Shown: positions 40,701 to 49,623, counted from the stretch's first letter. The stretch: 64,000 nt of DNA from Minisyncoccota bacterium (GCA_041389025.1 JAWKSP010000003.1:4065-68064), one strand, 5' to 3'. The notes: generated by a model not told the origin, from the letters alone. Program-made: numbers and translations.

Positions 40701-40897
40701 TGGATGATGAGGTGACTCTAGGGGTGCAGATTAACGGCAAGCTCCGCGGTCAGGTGACGATTTCTCCAACGGCTAGTGAAGAAGAAGCTAGAAAAGCGGT
40801 AGAAAGTAATGAGGATCTACAAAAACACTTGGCTGATAAAGAAATTGTTAAATTCATTTATGTGCCAAAGAGGATTGTTAACATAGTGGTGAAGTAG
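37766..40897 (+). CDS. leuS: Leucyl-tRNA synthetase carrying a ~210-aa Ham1/RdgB (ITPase)-like domain inserted just upstream of the CP1 editing domain
   Basis: HIGH (NLHIGHWYTY) and KMSKS (GNKMSKSKGN) motifs. Canonical WIGRS.G.EI.F and TVFTTRPDT flank residues ~241-449, which contain VLFASNNKGKL, LPVLADDTGF and GNYDPY matching RdgB/ITPA motifs. Confidence 0.9.
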   Translation: MHKKFDSSAIEKKWQEIWEEEGIYNVGARDTSKEKEYVLIEFPYPSGNLHIGHWYTYAVPDIYVRYQRMNGKQVLFPMGFDAFGLPAENAAIKRGLDPKGWTNDNIAYMKNQLKSMGNAFSWDKTTSSTDPEYYKWTQWMFTQFFENGIAYRGKGVVNWCPGCNTVIANEQVVAGKDGDECERCGHKIEKKEMPQWMLKITEYADRLVDDLDEIDWPEHIKEAQRQWIGRSKGAEIDFKLNLPTYSGQVLFASNNKGKLARMRKLVAETSLDITLISLEEAGITDTEVVEDENDLALNAKKKALHFAKQTDLPVLADDTGFFVAGEELDPVTVKRNALAGIDEKTLTIEEVGEKMVVYYAEIAKKHGGEVEAEWKNALCLVMDGQVYMSEGVRPVILTDEAVGNYDPYLPVRALYKAKATGKHALTHNEEEELMELQPITDAIERVFEPKVTVFTTRPDTLYGATYMVLAPEHALVEKNKDRIENWSEVEAYIKQTKQKDEQDRLDNTKEKTGVKLEGIMATNPASGEEIPVYIADYVLGGYGTGAIMAVPAHDERDFAFSYKYKISKPKEVINIQKEINEKVLNRGNGVGVVHWDPEMIQITDLNTGKILGFKYRLGDVSCHTCYGKLINSAEFDGMNSEEAKLAITEKVGGRMTNTYRLRDWSIGRQRYWGVPIPIVYDSSGKAHVVPKEHLPWTLPEDVDFTPTGEPPLAKSEALKKRTEEIFGKGWTPEVETMDTFVDSSWYFLRYLDNKNDDELSSLERQKEWMPIDLYFGGAEHTTMHLLYSRFWQKALYDLELVTEKEPYKRRVNRGLILGPDGNKMSKSKGNVIDPDEQVARVGADTVKMYLAFMGPYEGANYPFDLGGIAGIRRFLERVYGLDDHVKDEEDEKTTKLLHKTIKKVREDIENYKFNTAISAMMVFVNHTEKSGLTKDSYLAFLRLMAPFAPHVTDELWRPEGKGQSVHIDSYPVADEKLMVDDEVTLGVQINGKLRGQVTISPTASEEEARKAVESNEDLQKHLADKEIVKFIYVPKRIVNIVVK

Positions 40898-40924
40898 TAA
40901 TGGTAAGTGTCAGGACAGAAAAGT

Positions 40925-40953
40925 TTGACCTTTTTGTGTAGTCATGTTATAAG
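40925..40953 (+). promoter_or_regulatory. Sigma70-like promoter (TTGACC, 17-nt spacer, TATAAG)
   Basis: Consensus-like boxes about 45 nt upstream of the 40996 ORF. Confidence 0.45.
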
Positions 40954-40995
40954 TTAAAGTGAAATTTTAAGGAATTCACAAAAATAAACAAAAAT

Positions 40996-42018
40996 ATGAT
41001 TTCATTTAAACCAAAACAAATAACCAAAGCCCTACTCGGTGTTTTACCAGAGCGGGCGGCTGATGTTTTGACTAAGCGTTATGGCCTAAATACCGAAGGC
41101 CAAACCTCTACTTTGGAGGCAATTGGTCAATCATATGGTATTACCAGAGAACGAGTACGTCAGATTGAGAATTACGGTATTCAATCAATTCAACGTTCAG
41201 AAGAATATAAAAAACATTATGATCTGTTTATAGAAATGCAGAGTTTAATTGATAAGTTGGGTGGAGGAATGATTGCTGAAAATGTCTTACTTGATGAATT
41301 GACTAACGATCCAATTATCAGAAATCATATTTATTTTTTGTTAGTAGTGGGTGATCCTTTCTATCGCGGAAAAGAAAATTCTGATTACACACACCGTTGG
41401 TTTGTGGAAAGAAAAGTGGCTGATAATGTTGAAAAGGCTCTTAAAAAAGTTCAATCAACTTTAAGTACTGACGAACTAATTACTGAGCAAGAAATATTAA
41501 ACCGTTTTCGTGAGCATTTGGCTGAGGTTGGTCAAGATGATGAAAATGTACTACGACGTTGGCTTTTGATTTCAAAACAAATTGGTCGTAACCCGCTAGG
41601 AGATTGGGGGTTAGTCAGTAGCCCAAATGTTCGAGTGAAAGGTATCCGTGACTATGCTTATCTAGCGGTGAAGCGTCATGGTTCACCAATGCACTTTAAA
41701 GAAGTGGCTGAGTCTATTCAAAATCTATTTGGACACAAAGCTCATATAGCTACAACTCACAATGAACTAATAAAAGATAAACGTTTTGTTTTAGTTGGTC
41801 GTGGTCTTTATGCTTTGACTGAATGGGGCTATACTGCTGGTGTTGTCAAAGATGTGCTTCGTGAAATCTTGGCTGAGGAAGGTCCTTTAACTCGTGATGA
41901 ACTTATAGATAAAGTACGAAAAGAAAGGTATGTAAAGGATAATACAATCGTGGTAAATCTGCAGGATGTTAATCTTTTTAAACGATTAGCCAATGGAACT
42001 TATACTTTGGCTGAGTAA
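40996..42018 (+). CDS. Sigma-70 region-4 (HTH) domain protein with a C-terminal domain of unknown function
   Basis: The N-terminus TLEAIGQSYGITRERVRQIENYGIQSI is a sigma-70 r4 signature. Sigma regions 2 and 3 were not detected. Confidence 0.6.
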   Translation: MISFKPKQITKALLGVLPERAADVLTKRYGLNTEGQTSTLEAIGQSYGITRERVRQIENYGIQSIQRSEEYKKHYDLFIEMQSLIDKLGGGMIAENVLLDELTNDPIIRNHIYFLLVVGDPFYRGKENSDYTHRWFVERKVADNVEKALKKVQSTLSTDELITEQEILNRFREHLAEVGQDDENVLRRWLLISKQIGRNPLGDWGLVSSPNVRVKGIRDYAYLAVKRHGSPMHFKEVAESIQNLFGHKAHIATTHNELIKDKRFVLVGRGLYALTEWGYTAGVVKDVLREILAEEGPLTRDELIDKVRKERYVKDNTIVVNLQDVNLFKRLANGTYTLAE

Positions 42019-42034
42019 AATTGCAAGAATTTAA

Positions 42035-42077
42035 AAACAACACTCACAGACTGGTCTGTGAGTGTTGTTTTTTTGTA
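42035..42077 (+). terminator. Rho-independent terminator
   Basis: aacaacactcacagac / gtctgtgagtgttgtt 16-bp stem followed by T7. Confidence 0.75.
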
Positions 42078-42094
42078 GTACAATAACAAAACAA

Positions 42095-43423
42095 ATGTCA
42101 GATTTATTTGGATCAATATTTCACTCCATTGCCGGACCACTTTTGGTGTTTATAGGTTTTTTTGTGATGTATAAAGCAATGGGTGTTTTTGGGGTAGATT
42201 TTTCACCGATCGCTTCTATTGCTTTAGCCCTTACTCCTATTTGGTTGCCACTTACTCTCTTCTATATTACTTACGACCGTTGGATGTGGTATGTGCGACT
42301 AAAATTTACTATTGATAATGGTCGTACCACTTTAAGGCTTCATTTACCACAAGAGGTTTTAAAATCACCGGAAGCCATGGAGAGTGTCTTTACACACATT
42401 CACAATGTACAAACTCCTGATAATTTAATGCAGTCATACATAGATGGTAAACATCCGCTAATCTTTAGTTTTGAGTTGGTTTCAATCGGAGGTGAGATTC
42501 GTTTTTATATAAATGTACCAACCAAAAAAACTAAAAATGCTGTTGAGGCTCAGTTGTATGCTCAGTACCCAGGGATTGAGATTGTTGAGGAACAGTTTGA
42601 TTACACTGATGAAGTAACTTGGAATCCGGATAAGTATGAAATGATGGTTTTTCATATGGGCAAAAAAGAAAATGAAGTTTTACCAATTAAGACTTATATT
42701 GATTTTGGCTTGGACAAAATGCCTAAAGAAGAAGAAAAATTTGAGCCGATGGCAGCTATGATCGAGCAAATTTCTAAAATAAAACCATACGAAAGGGTTT
42801 GGGTACAATTTTTAGTGGTTCCACATACTAAAAAAGCTTTTAAAAACGGTTATTTGGTTTATAAAAAACCAACTTGGGAAGGGGCGGCGCAGGCAGAGGT
42901 GGAAAAAATAATGAAACGCGACAAAAAAACAACTACCGACCAAGATACCGGCGAAAAACAAACCAATCTAACTCCGCTGGAAAGAGAAAAGGTGACGGCT
43001 ATAGAAAGAAATGTTGGAAAATATGCTTACGAAACAACAATAAGATGGGTGTATATAACTGAGACTGGTAAATTCGATGGTGACATTATTGGGCCGATTA
43101 TCCGTACTTTTGCTCAGTATGACATCATGAATAGAAACGGAGTAGGGGTTCGCTGGAGAACTGATTTTAATTATAATTTTATCTCCGATCCTTCTGGCAG
43201 AAAGAAAGCTTACTGGAAAAAAGAAGAATTGATGGATTATAAATTACGTGAATATAATATACGTGATAAAAGAGATTATGCTGACAAACCAAAAGTTATG
43301 TCGGCCGAGGAATTGGCGACGATGTTTCATATTCCCGGTAGTACAGTGATAACTCCGTCAATGCCTCGTATCACTTCCACTCGCAAGGAAGCTCCGAGTA
43401 ATCTACCGGTTGGTAATTGGTAA
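42095..43423 (+). CDS. Membrane-anchored hypothetical protein
   Basis: Two N-terminal TM helices then a ~350-aa soluble domain ending ELATMFHIPGS. The start is set downstream of the terminator. Confidence 0.5.
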   Translation: MSDLFGSIFHSIAGPLLVFIGFFVMYKAMGVFGVDFSPIASIALALTPIWLPLTLFYITYDRWMWYVRLKFTIDNGRTTLRLHLPQEVLKSPEAMESVFTHIHNVQTPDNLMQSYIDGKHPLIFSFELVSIGGEIRFYINVPTKKTKNAVEAQLYAQYPGIEIVEEQFDYTDEVTWNPDKYEMMVFHMGKKENEVLPIKTYIDFGLDKMPKEEEKFEPMAAMIEQISKIKPYERVWVQFLVVPHTKKAFKNGYLVYKKPTWEGAAQAEVEKIMKRDKKTTTDQDTGEKQTNLTPLEREKVTAIERNVGKYAYETTIRWVYITETGKFDGDIIGPIIRTFAQYDIMNRNGVGVRWRTDFNYNFISDPSGRKKAYWKKEELMDYKLREYNIRDKRDYADKPKVMSAEELATMFHIPGSTVITPSMPRITSTRKEAPSNLPVGNW

Positions 43424-43493
43424 TACCGTAAGACCATCGAGGCTTACTTAGTAAACCAAAACTTCATGTTATACTTATAACTCTTAGCAATTT

Positions 43494-44522
43494 ATGGAAG
43501 ATGAATTTATAATCGAAAATCCGTCTGAGACTGATAATTCGTTTTTCAATAAAGAAAAAAATAGCCAAAAAGTGGGTAAGCGAAAATTTTTTTTGACCAC
43601 TTTCTTTCTTTTGATAATTTTTAGTGTCATTTTTATCTACTACTTATTATTACCACCAAAAACTTTTCCGATTAACAGTGAAGTGGAGATTATAAGTGGT
43701 GCGACAGTGGAAGATGTGGCGGAGTTAATGAAAGAAAAGGGTTTTGTTCGATCAAAATCTATTTTTTACCTATATTTTGTTCTATTTGAGGACGCCACAA
43801 CTATTAAAGCCAGTATTTATGCTTTCTCTGAACCTTTAACGGTGCCAAATCTAGCTTCTGAATTAACTCTTGGTAATTATTCCCATAATTTAATAAAATT
43901 TACCCATATTGAAGGGGAGACGGTGGAGGAAATGGCTGTGCATGCTACTGAGGTTTTGCCAAATTTTAACCCTGATAATTTTGTTGATAAAGCAAAAGAT
44001 TTAGAGGGAAAATTATTTCCCGATACTTATATGGTGCCGGTTACCTACAATGAAGAAGAGTTGTTAAATTTACTTTTACAGACTTTTGATGAGAAATTAG
44101 AACCATTAAAAGAAAAAATTGATGATCATAATTTATCCTTAGATCAAATCATCATTCTTGCTTCTATTTTGGAACGTGAGGCTAATAGTGGTGAAAGTAT
44201 GGGTATGGTTTCTGGTATTTTACAGAACCGTATGAGGATTGGTATGCCATTACAGGCTGATGCATCGATTGGTTATGTATTAGATAAACCTTTATCACAG
44301 TTAACCGCCGAAGATTTAAAAATAGAATCTCCTTATAATACTTATTTAAATGTTGGTCTGCCTCCAACACCAATTGGCAATCCTGGTTTAGAGGCTATCA
44401 CTGCTGTACTTGAACCAACAGAGACAGAGTATTTATTTTATATTACTGGTGATGATGGTAATTTTTATTATGCAAAAACTTTTGAAGAACATAAAAGAAA
44501 TATTGCTAATCACTTGCGCTAG
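43494..44522 (+). CDS. mltG: Endolytic murein transglycosylase MltG (YceG-like), copy 2
   Basis: ILASILEREA...LQADASIGY...SPYNTYLNVGLPPTPIGNPGLEAITAVLEP. Signal-anchor at the N-terminus. Confidence 0.8.
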   Translation: MEDEFIIENPSETDNSFFNKEKNSQKVGKRKFFLTTFFLLIIFSVIFIYYLLLPPKTFPINSEVEIISGATVEDVAELMKEKGFVRSKSIFYLYFVLFEDATTIKASIYAFSEPLTVPNLASELTLGNYSHNLIKFTHIEGETVEEMAVHATEVLPNFNPDNFVDKAKDLEGKLFPDTYMVPVTYNEEELLNLLLQTFDEKLEPLKEKIDDHNLSLDQIIILASILEREANSGESMGMVSGILQNRMRIGMPLQADASIGYVLDKPLSQLTAEDLKIESPYNTYLNVGLPPTPIGNPGLEAITAVLEPTETEYLFYITGDDGNFYYAKTFEEHKRNIANHLR

Positions 44523-44530
44523 GTGATGGT

Positions 44531-44603
44531 GTTTGAGGGAAATTAGAGCGTTTTGGGTTTTTGCTTGGGGGGCTCTAAACCAAAACGCTCTAATTTCCTC
44601 AAA
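44531..44603. repeat. Long inverted repeat (25/26-bp arms, one bulge) with a 22-nt loop and no U-run
   Basis: gtttgagggaaattagagcgttttgg ... ccaaaacgctctaatttcctcaaac, located between mltG-2 and mnmA. Confidence 0.7.
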
Positions 44604-44656
44604 CTGTAGACTATAGACGAATTAGATTTTCTTTGTTAGCGTGTAGTGTTATTACT

Positions 44657-45721
44657 ATGGATAAGAAAAGAAAAGTATTTGTTGGACTATCCGGTGGAGT
44701 GGATTCATCGGTAGCCGCTTTACGTCTTATAGAACAAGGTTATGATGTAACCGGTGTTTTTATTAAAGTTTGGCATCCGGATTTTTTAGTTTGTAATTGG
44801 GAAGAAGAAAGACTTTCTGCTATGCGGGTAGCTGCGCATCTCGATATACCGTTTCTTACTTGTGATGCTGAAGCTCGGTATCGTGATGATGTGGCACAAT
44901 ATTTTATATCAGAATATGTGGCGGGAAGAACTCCAAATCCAGATGTAATGTGTAATAGACATATAAAGTTCGGGTCATTTGTTGATTTTGCTAAAGCTCA
45001 TAAAGCCGATTTTATAGCAACCGGACATTATGCACGAAGAATTGACAAAAACGGCAAAGCGCAACTCTGCCGTGGTATAGACAAGGGTAAAGACCAATCT
45101 TACTTTTTGTGGACTCTTACCAAAGAACAACTAGAATACACTTTGCTTCCGGTTGGTGATTCTGAAAAAGAGGTAATCAGAAAAGAAGCAACTAGCGCCG
45201 GTTTGCCAACTGCTACAAAAAAAGACAGTCAGGGAGTTTGTTTTTTGGGCCATATAGATATTCCTGATTTTATTTCACATTTTACCGAACTAAAGGAAGG
45301 AAATGTTTTAAACGAGACAGGAGAAGTAATTGGTAAACATCGGGGGGCGGTTGTCTACACCTTGGGGCAAAGACACGGTTTTGTTGTTGATACTAAAGAT
45401 GATCAACGTTCGGTTTATTATGTGAAAGCTAAGAATATAGATAAAAATACTATTACGGTTAGTACTGATAAACCAGTTTTAGAAAAAACAAATACATTAC
45501 TTTTAATAAATACTGTTTTAAGAGAAGATCTGATTGTGGGGGAAAAAGTACAAGCTCAGACCAGATATCGACAAGAACCGTTTGTGGTTGAGGTAACTAA
45601 TTTTAAAGATAATAAACAAATTGAATTGAAGCCAGAAGATGATATTGAAGCAGTAGCTAAAGGTCAGTCTTGTGTATTATATAAAGATAATCTTTGTCTC
45701 GGAGGTGGTATTATAGCTTAA
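44657..45721 (+). CDS. mnmA: tRNA-specific 2-thiouridylase MnmA
   Basis: PP-loop VFVGLSGGVDSSVAA, catalytic Cys residues and an OB-fold-like C-terminus. Confidence 0.9.
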   Translation: MDKKRKVFVGLSGGVDSSVAALRLIEQGYDVTGVFIKVWHPDFLVCNWEEERLSAMRVAAHLDIPFLTCDAEARYRDDVAQYFISEYVAGRTPNPDVMCNRHIKFGSFVDFAKAHKADFIATGHYARRIDKNGKAQLCRGIDKGKDQSYFLWTLTKEQLEYTLLPVGDSEKEVIRKEATSAGLPTATKKDSQGVCFLGHIDIPDFISHFTELKEGNVLNETGEVIGKHRGAVVYTLGQRHGFVVDTKDDQRSVYYVKAKNIDKNTITVSTDKPVLEKTNTLLLINTVLREDLIVGEKVQAQTRYRQEPFVVEVTNFKDNKQIELKPEDDIEAVAKGQSCVLYKDNLCLGGGIIA

Positions 45722-46554
45722 TGTCGATAAAAATAACTAAAGCTGATGGTAGTACTGAATATTTCAAAGTAGAAAAATTGCGTCGCTCATTACGTCGTTC
45801 CGGAGCTGGAAATGATGAGGTAAAAATGGTGGTTGATAAAATCATGGGAGAAATCTATGAGGGAATGCGGACTCAAGAAATATATCGTCGTGCATTTGAG
45901 TTATTGCGAACCGATGAAAAAAGGTCGGTAGCTGCCAGATATTCTTTACGTCGAGCTTTATTTAGTTTAGGGCCAACCGGATTTCCGTTTGAAAGGTTTT
46001 TGGCAAGGTTGTTTGAATATGACGGTTACAACATAAGAACCGGTATCACTATTCATGGTCGGTGTGCACCGCATGAGCTGGATGTAGCTGCTTATCATGA
46101 TACACACAGCTTTGTTGGCGAGGCTAAATTCCACGCAAGACCAGGCATAAAAACTGATTTGCAAGTAGTGATGTATTCCTACGCCAGACTTTTAGATTTA
46201 CAAGAGAAATCCATTTGTAACGAGGCAGTTTGCGGTATAAAAGAATTTTGGTTGGTAACAAATACAAAATTCACTTCTACAGCCGAAAGATATGGTGAAT
46301 GTGTGGGAGTAAAAATGCTCAGTTGGGATTATCCACGACGTGACAACCTACACGATCGTATCCAGCGAGCTAAGATTTATCCAATTACTGTCATACAGGG
46401 TTTGTCTATGAGTCAGATCACTACTCTTATCAGTCACGATATTATAATTTGCAGTGATTTATTAAAAAAGCCACATATATTGAGTAGCTTACACATATCT
46501 AGCAATAAAAAAGAGAGGGTAATGCAGGAAGTAGAAGAGATCTGTGGTAAATAG
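45721..46554 (+). CDS. ATP-cone domain fused to an Mrr-like (PD-(D/E)xK) restriction-endonuclease-fold domain
   Basis: N-terminal ATP-cone (IKITKADGSTEYFKVEKLRRSLRRSG). The middle region has an Mrr_cat-like ELDVAAY...GEAKFH D/E-x-K motif. Confidence 0.55.
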   Translation: MSIKITKADGSTEYFKVEKLRRSLRRSGAGNDEVKMVVDKIMGEIYEGMRTQEIYRRAFELLRTDEKRSVAARYSLRRALFSLGPTGFPFERFLARLFEYDGYNIRTGITIHGRCAPHELDVAAYHDTHSFVGEAKFHARPGIKTDLQVVMYSYARLLDLQEKSICNEAVCGIKEFWLVTNTKFTSTAERYGECVGVKMLSWDYPRRDNLHDRIQRAKIYPITVIQGLSMSQITTLISHDIIICSDLLKKPHILSSLHISSNKKERVMQEVEEICGK

Positions 46555-46600
46555 GCGTTTAAAATTCATTTCTTGTCAAGATTAAGCCTGTTTTGTCATG

Positions 46601-46609
46601 TGCTATAAT
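46601..46609 (+). promoter_or_regulatory. Extended -10 promoter element TGCTATAAT
   Basis: TGnTATAAT about 40 nt upstream of the ATG at 46650. Confidence 0.4.
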
Positions 46610-46649
46610 TCAGACATTACTATATTCATTCAGAAAATCAAAAAGTAAC

Positions 46650-47228
46650 ATGACAGAAGAAAAGCAAGAAGGACAAAAAACAGTAGTTTCATTTATCGTT
46701 GGTCTACTAATTGGTGGGCTTTTGGTGTGGGCCTTTTCCGGTCCAAGTACTGAAGCTCCAGATGAGAAAATGGACGATGAAAAAGAACAAACGGAAGACA
46801 AAGAAGATAATAGTTCAAATGTAGATGAATCAAAAACTAGTGTTGACGGAGATGCGATGTCGGCTAGTGTAACAAAATCAGTTACTACTAAAAAAGACGA
46901 ACCAAAATTATCAGTAGGTGACGGTAAGGTGGTGGTAAACGACCAACCAGCTTCTGCTTCAATCAAGATGGAAAGTGCCACCTATCCGGTTAGTGAAGGT
47001 TGGATTGGAGTACGTGAGTACAACAATGGTCAGCTTGGCTATATTTTGGGAGTGGTACGCTTTAGTGAAGAGCAGGGATTGGTACCAAGTGACATAATAT
47101 TACAACGAAGTACAACTGCTGGAAGAGAATATGCGGTGGTAGTATATGAAGAAAACGGCGATCGTTCTTTCAATTTAGCTGATGATAAGCAAATTGATAC
47201 TATCTTTGCTACTTTCAAGGCTGAGTAA
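46650..47228 (+). CDS. Membrane-anchored acidic hypothetical protein
   Basis: N-terminal TM segment (VVSFIVGLLIGGLLVWAF), an acidic linker and a C-terminal beta-rich domain. Confidence 0.5.
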   Translation: MTEEKQEGQKTVVSFIVGLLIGGLLVWAFSGPSTEAPDEKMDDEKEQTEDKEDNSSNVDESKTSVDGDAMSASVTKSVTTKKDEPKLSVGDGKVVVNDQPASASIKMESATYPVSEGWIGVREYNNGQLGYILGVVRFSEEQGLVPSDIILQRSTTAGREYAVVVYEENGDRSFNLADDKQIDTIFATFKAE

Positions 47229-47254
47229 GATTAACTAGGTCTTAGAATTTAAAG

Positions 47255-47296
47255 AAAATAGCGGTTGGCTAAAGCCAACCGCTATTTTCTTTTAAG
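47255..47296 (+). terminator. Rho-independent terminator
   Basis: gaaaatagcggttggc-taaa-gccaaccgctattttc followed by TTTT. Confidence 0.8.
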
Positions 47297-47337
47297 CTTG
47301 CAGTAACCGTATAACAATAAACTTACTTGCAACGCTA

Positions 47338-47366
47338 TTGACTAAAAGTCAATTTAATGTTATATA
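47338..47366 (+). promoter_or_regulatory. Sigma70-like promoter (TTGACT, 17-nt spacer, TATATA)
   Basis: Consensus-like spacing upstream of the 47420 ORF. A GGAGG SD lies 8 nt before the ATG. Confidence 0.5.
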
Positions 47367-47419
47367 TTAGGTCGAAGTAGAGTTGTTTCTAAACCGCTAA
47401 TTACCTTTGGAGGTAAGTA

Positions 47420-47824
47420 ATGGAAAAAAATCAAAAGCCAAAAAAAACAGCCTTTGAACGGATTAAAGGGTTGAAATTTTTCAAAAAATCCAAAATATGC
47501 TTTGTTCTTAAACCTAAGAACAGAGAGTATTTTGAAAAATTATTTGAATTTCTTAAGCCTAAACAAAAAAAAGAAATTTTAGCTGAGATGTCGAAATTTG
47601 AGGCAACTACCGGCGAATGGAAGTTTCTGGCTGAAAAATTTAAAAGCGAGCACTTAAAAAAATTTGCTTTTAAAATGTTTAAGGAAGTGGCTGCAGAAGC
47701 TATTACCGAAGTTTCTGTTGAGATTGATCAGTTTGTTGATCGTATTGATTTAGGTGACCCTGAAGAAAGAAAAGTGAATTTTTTCAATAAGTTTTTTGCC
47801 AGAATGAAAAAAAAGTCAGCTTAA
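47420..47824 (+). CDS. Small lysine-rich hypothetical protein
   Basis: 134 aa with a strong SD and no recognised motif. Confidence 0.5.
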   Translation: MEKNQKPKKTAFERIKGLKFFKKSKICFVLKPKNREYFEKLFEFLKPKQKKEILAEMSKFEATTGEWKFLAEKFKSEHLKKFAFKMFKEVAAEAITEVSVEIDQFVDRIDLGDPEERKVNFFNKFFARMKKKSA

Positions 47825-47845
47825 TCAACTTAACGTTTGGCTCAA

Positions 47846-47888
47846 AATCCCATACATCAAATACAGCATGATGTATGGGAGTTTTTAT
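47846..47888 (+). terminator. Rho-independent terminator
   Basis: tcccatacat / atgtatggga stem followed by TTTTT. Confidence 0.6.
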
Positions 47889-47918
47889 TATATTAAAGCA
47901 AAATGTTATACAGCCTAT

Positions 47919-48707
47919 ATGGCAGAATTTAAAAAACGGTATAATCCCAATCGAAATTTTGATTGGAACTATGGTGGGGCTAACTGGAAGTTATCTCGCT
48001 CAAAAATTGAATTATTTACCGAGTGTCCGCGGTGTTTTTATTTGGATAACAAACTAGGCACAGCTCGTCCGCGTGGACCGGCTTTTACCCTAAACGTAGC
48101 AGTAGATGAATTATTCAAAAAAGAATTTGACGCTTATCGAGAAAGAGGAGAGAAGCACCCGCTTATTCTTGAAAATAAAATAGACGCCGTACCGTTCAAG
48201 CATGAAAAAATGGACGAATGGCGTGATAATTTTACTGGTATTACTTATAAGCATGAACCGACTGGTTTTATAGTGTCTGGTGCGGTAGATGATATTTGGG
48301 TAAAACCAGATGGTAGCTTGATTGTGGTTGATTATAAAGCTACTTCAAAAGAAGGGAAGATAGAAACTTTAAGTGACAGTGCGTGGGAAGATTCATACAA
48401 AAGACAGATGGGAGTCTATCAGTGGTTGTTGGAGAAAAATGGCTTTGTGGTAGATAAAACCGGCTATTTTGTCTATGCCAACGCTTTAAAAGACGGGGAT
48501 AGTTTTGACGATACTTTGGTATTTGAAACTACTCTAGTGCCTTGTGAGGGAGAAAACGACTGGATAGAAGAAACTTTGCGAAAAATTAAAACAGTTTTGG
48601 ATAGTGGTGATATACCACCGAGTGGTCAAGACTGTGAGTATTGTCCATACCGTGAGGCAGCTGGAAAAAAACTATTAGCAATACATCATGCCAACAAGAA
48701 AAAATAA
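47919..48707 (+). CDS. PD-(D/E)XK nuclease of the Cas4/RecB-like family with an Fe-S-type Cys cluster
   Basis: N-terminal CPRC, core D...VVDYK motif and C-terminal CEYCPY, i.e. the Cas4/AddB-nuclease Cys arrangement. No cas genes are nearby. Confidence 0.6.
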   Translation: MAEFKKRYNPNRNFDWNYGGANWKLSRSKIELFTECPRCFYLDNKLGTARPRGPAFTLNVAVDELFKKEFDAYRERGEKHPLILENKIDAVPFKHEKMDEWRDNFTGITYKHEPTGFIVSGAVDDIWVKPDGSLIVVDYKATSKEGKIETLSDSAWEDSYKRQMGVYQWLLEKNGFVVDKTGYFVYANALKDGDSFDDTLVFETTLVPCEGENDWIEETLRKIKTVLDSGDIPPSGQDCEYCPYREAAGKKLLAIHHANKKK

Positions 48708-48969
48708 AGAAACAGATAATTTTAAAGAAAAAGTGCGCGGGGTAGTGCGTAAAATTCCGGCCGGTCAGACTAAGTCATATGCTGAGGTGGCACGTCTGGC
48801 GGGACACCCTAAGGCTTATCGAGCAGTAGCCAATATAATGGCCGCTAATCATGATTCAACAGTGCCTTGTCATCGGGTAATTAAAAGTGACGGTAGTGTT
48901 GGTGGTTATAATGGTGGTGGACCGACAGCAAAATTGAAAAAATTATTAGAAGAGGGTTGGTTACCCTAA
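48688..48969 (+). CDS. Methylated-DNA-protein-cysteine methyltransferase DNA-binding domain protein (Ogt C-terminal domain only)
   Basis: The PCHRV active-site motif with the Cys retained, and an HTH AEVARLAGHPKAYRAVANI. Confidence 0.75.
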   Translation: MPTRKNKETDNFKEKVRGVVRKIPAGQTKSYAEVARLAGHPKAYRAVANIMAANHDSTVPCHRVIKSDGSVGGYNGGGPTAKLKKLLEEGWLP

Positions 48970-49023
48970 TTGAGGCAAAAGATTATTCACTAAACTGGAT
49001 TAGGGTGGTAAACTAGAGATGTT

Positions 49024-49623
49024 ATGTACTCCTATCGAATAGAGCAAGCGGTGCGGGCGGCTTCTGTGCTTCATAAAGATCAGTTACGAAAAGGCTCTAT
49101 GCCTTTTCCGTATATTACTCACTTGATAGCCACTGCTTTTACTTTACTTGATTACACTGATGATGAGGATGTGGTGATAGCGGCCTTGCTACATGATACT
49201 TTAGAGGACACTGACTACACAATTGATGAGTTGCAAGAAGATTTTGGTGGTAGGGTTAGGGAGATTGTGGAAGCGGTAACCGAACCAAAATATAAAGGTG
49301 AACATAAGTTAAATTGGCGGGAAAAGAAAGATACTTATGTAAAGCAATTGAAACACGCTCCACAAGAAGCCCTTCTGGTGGCGGCAGCCGATAAGATTCA
49401 TAATTTTCGTACGATTGTAGAAGATTATACCGACGACTATAACCGTTATGTGCAAGATTTCGGTAATAATTTTGAAGATAGATTAGAAGTCTATCAAGAT
49501 ATTTCTGACGTAATAAATAATCGCTTGCATAGTCCGATTAAAGATGAATTTAATCATGTTTTCGAACAGTTTAAAAATTTTTTACAGGATATAATTGACA
49601 CCGATGAGGTTATCTATGATTAA
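49024..49623 (+). CDS. HD-domain phosphohydrolase (RelA/SpoT-type HD, small alarmone hydrolase-like)
   Basis: H...HD...LHDTLEDT motif arrangement typical of the (p)ppGpp hydrolase HD domain. No synthetase domain is present. Confidence 0.7.
   Translation: MYSYRIEQAVRAASVLHKDQLRKGSMPFPYITHLIATAFTLLDYTDDEDVVIAALLHDTLEDTDYTIDELQEDFGGRVREIVEAVTEPKYKGEHKLNWREKKDTYVKQLKHAPQEALLVAAADKIHNFRTIVEDYTDDYNRYVQDFGNNFEDRLEVYQDISDVINNRLHSPIKDEFNHVFEQFKNFLQDIIDTDEVIYD

Noticed and set aside
42095-43423. Assignment of the 453-aa membrane protein to a T4SS component (VirB6/TcpE-like) on the basis of the C-terminal ...ELATMFHIPG
   Set aside because: Only a vague motif memory supports it, with no supporting domain pattern. 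It is left as hypothetical.
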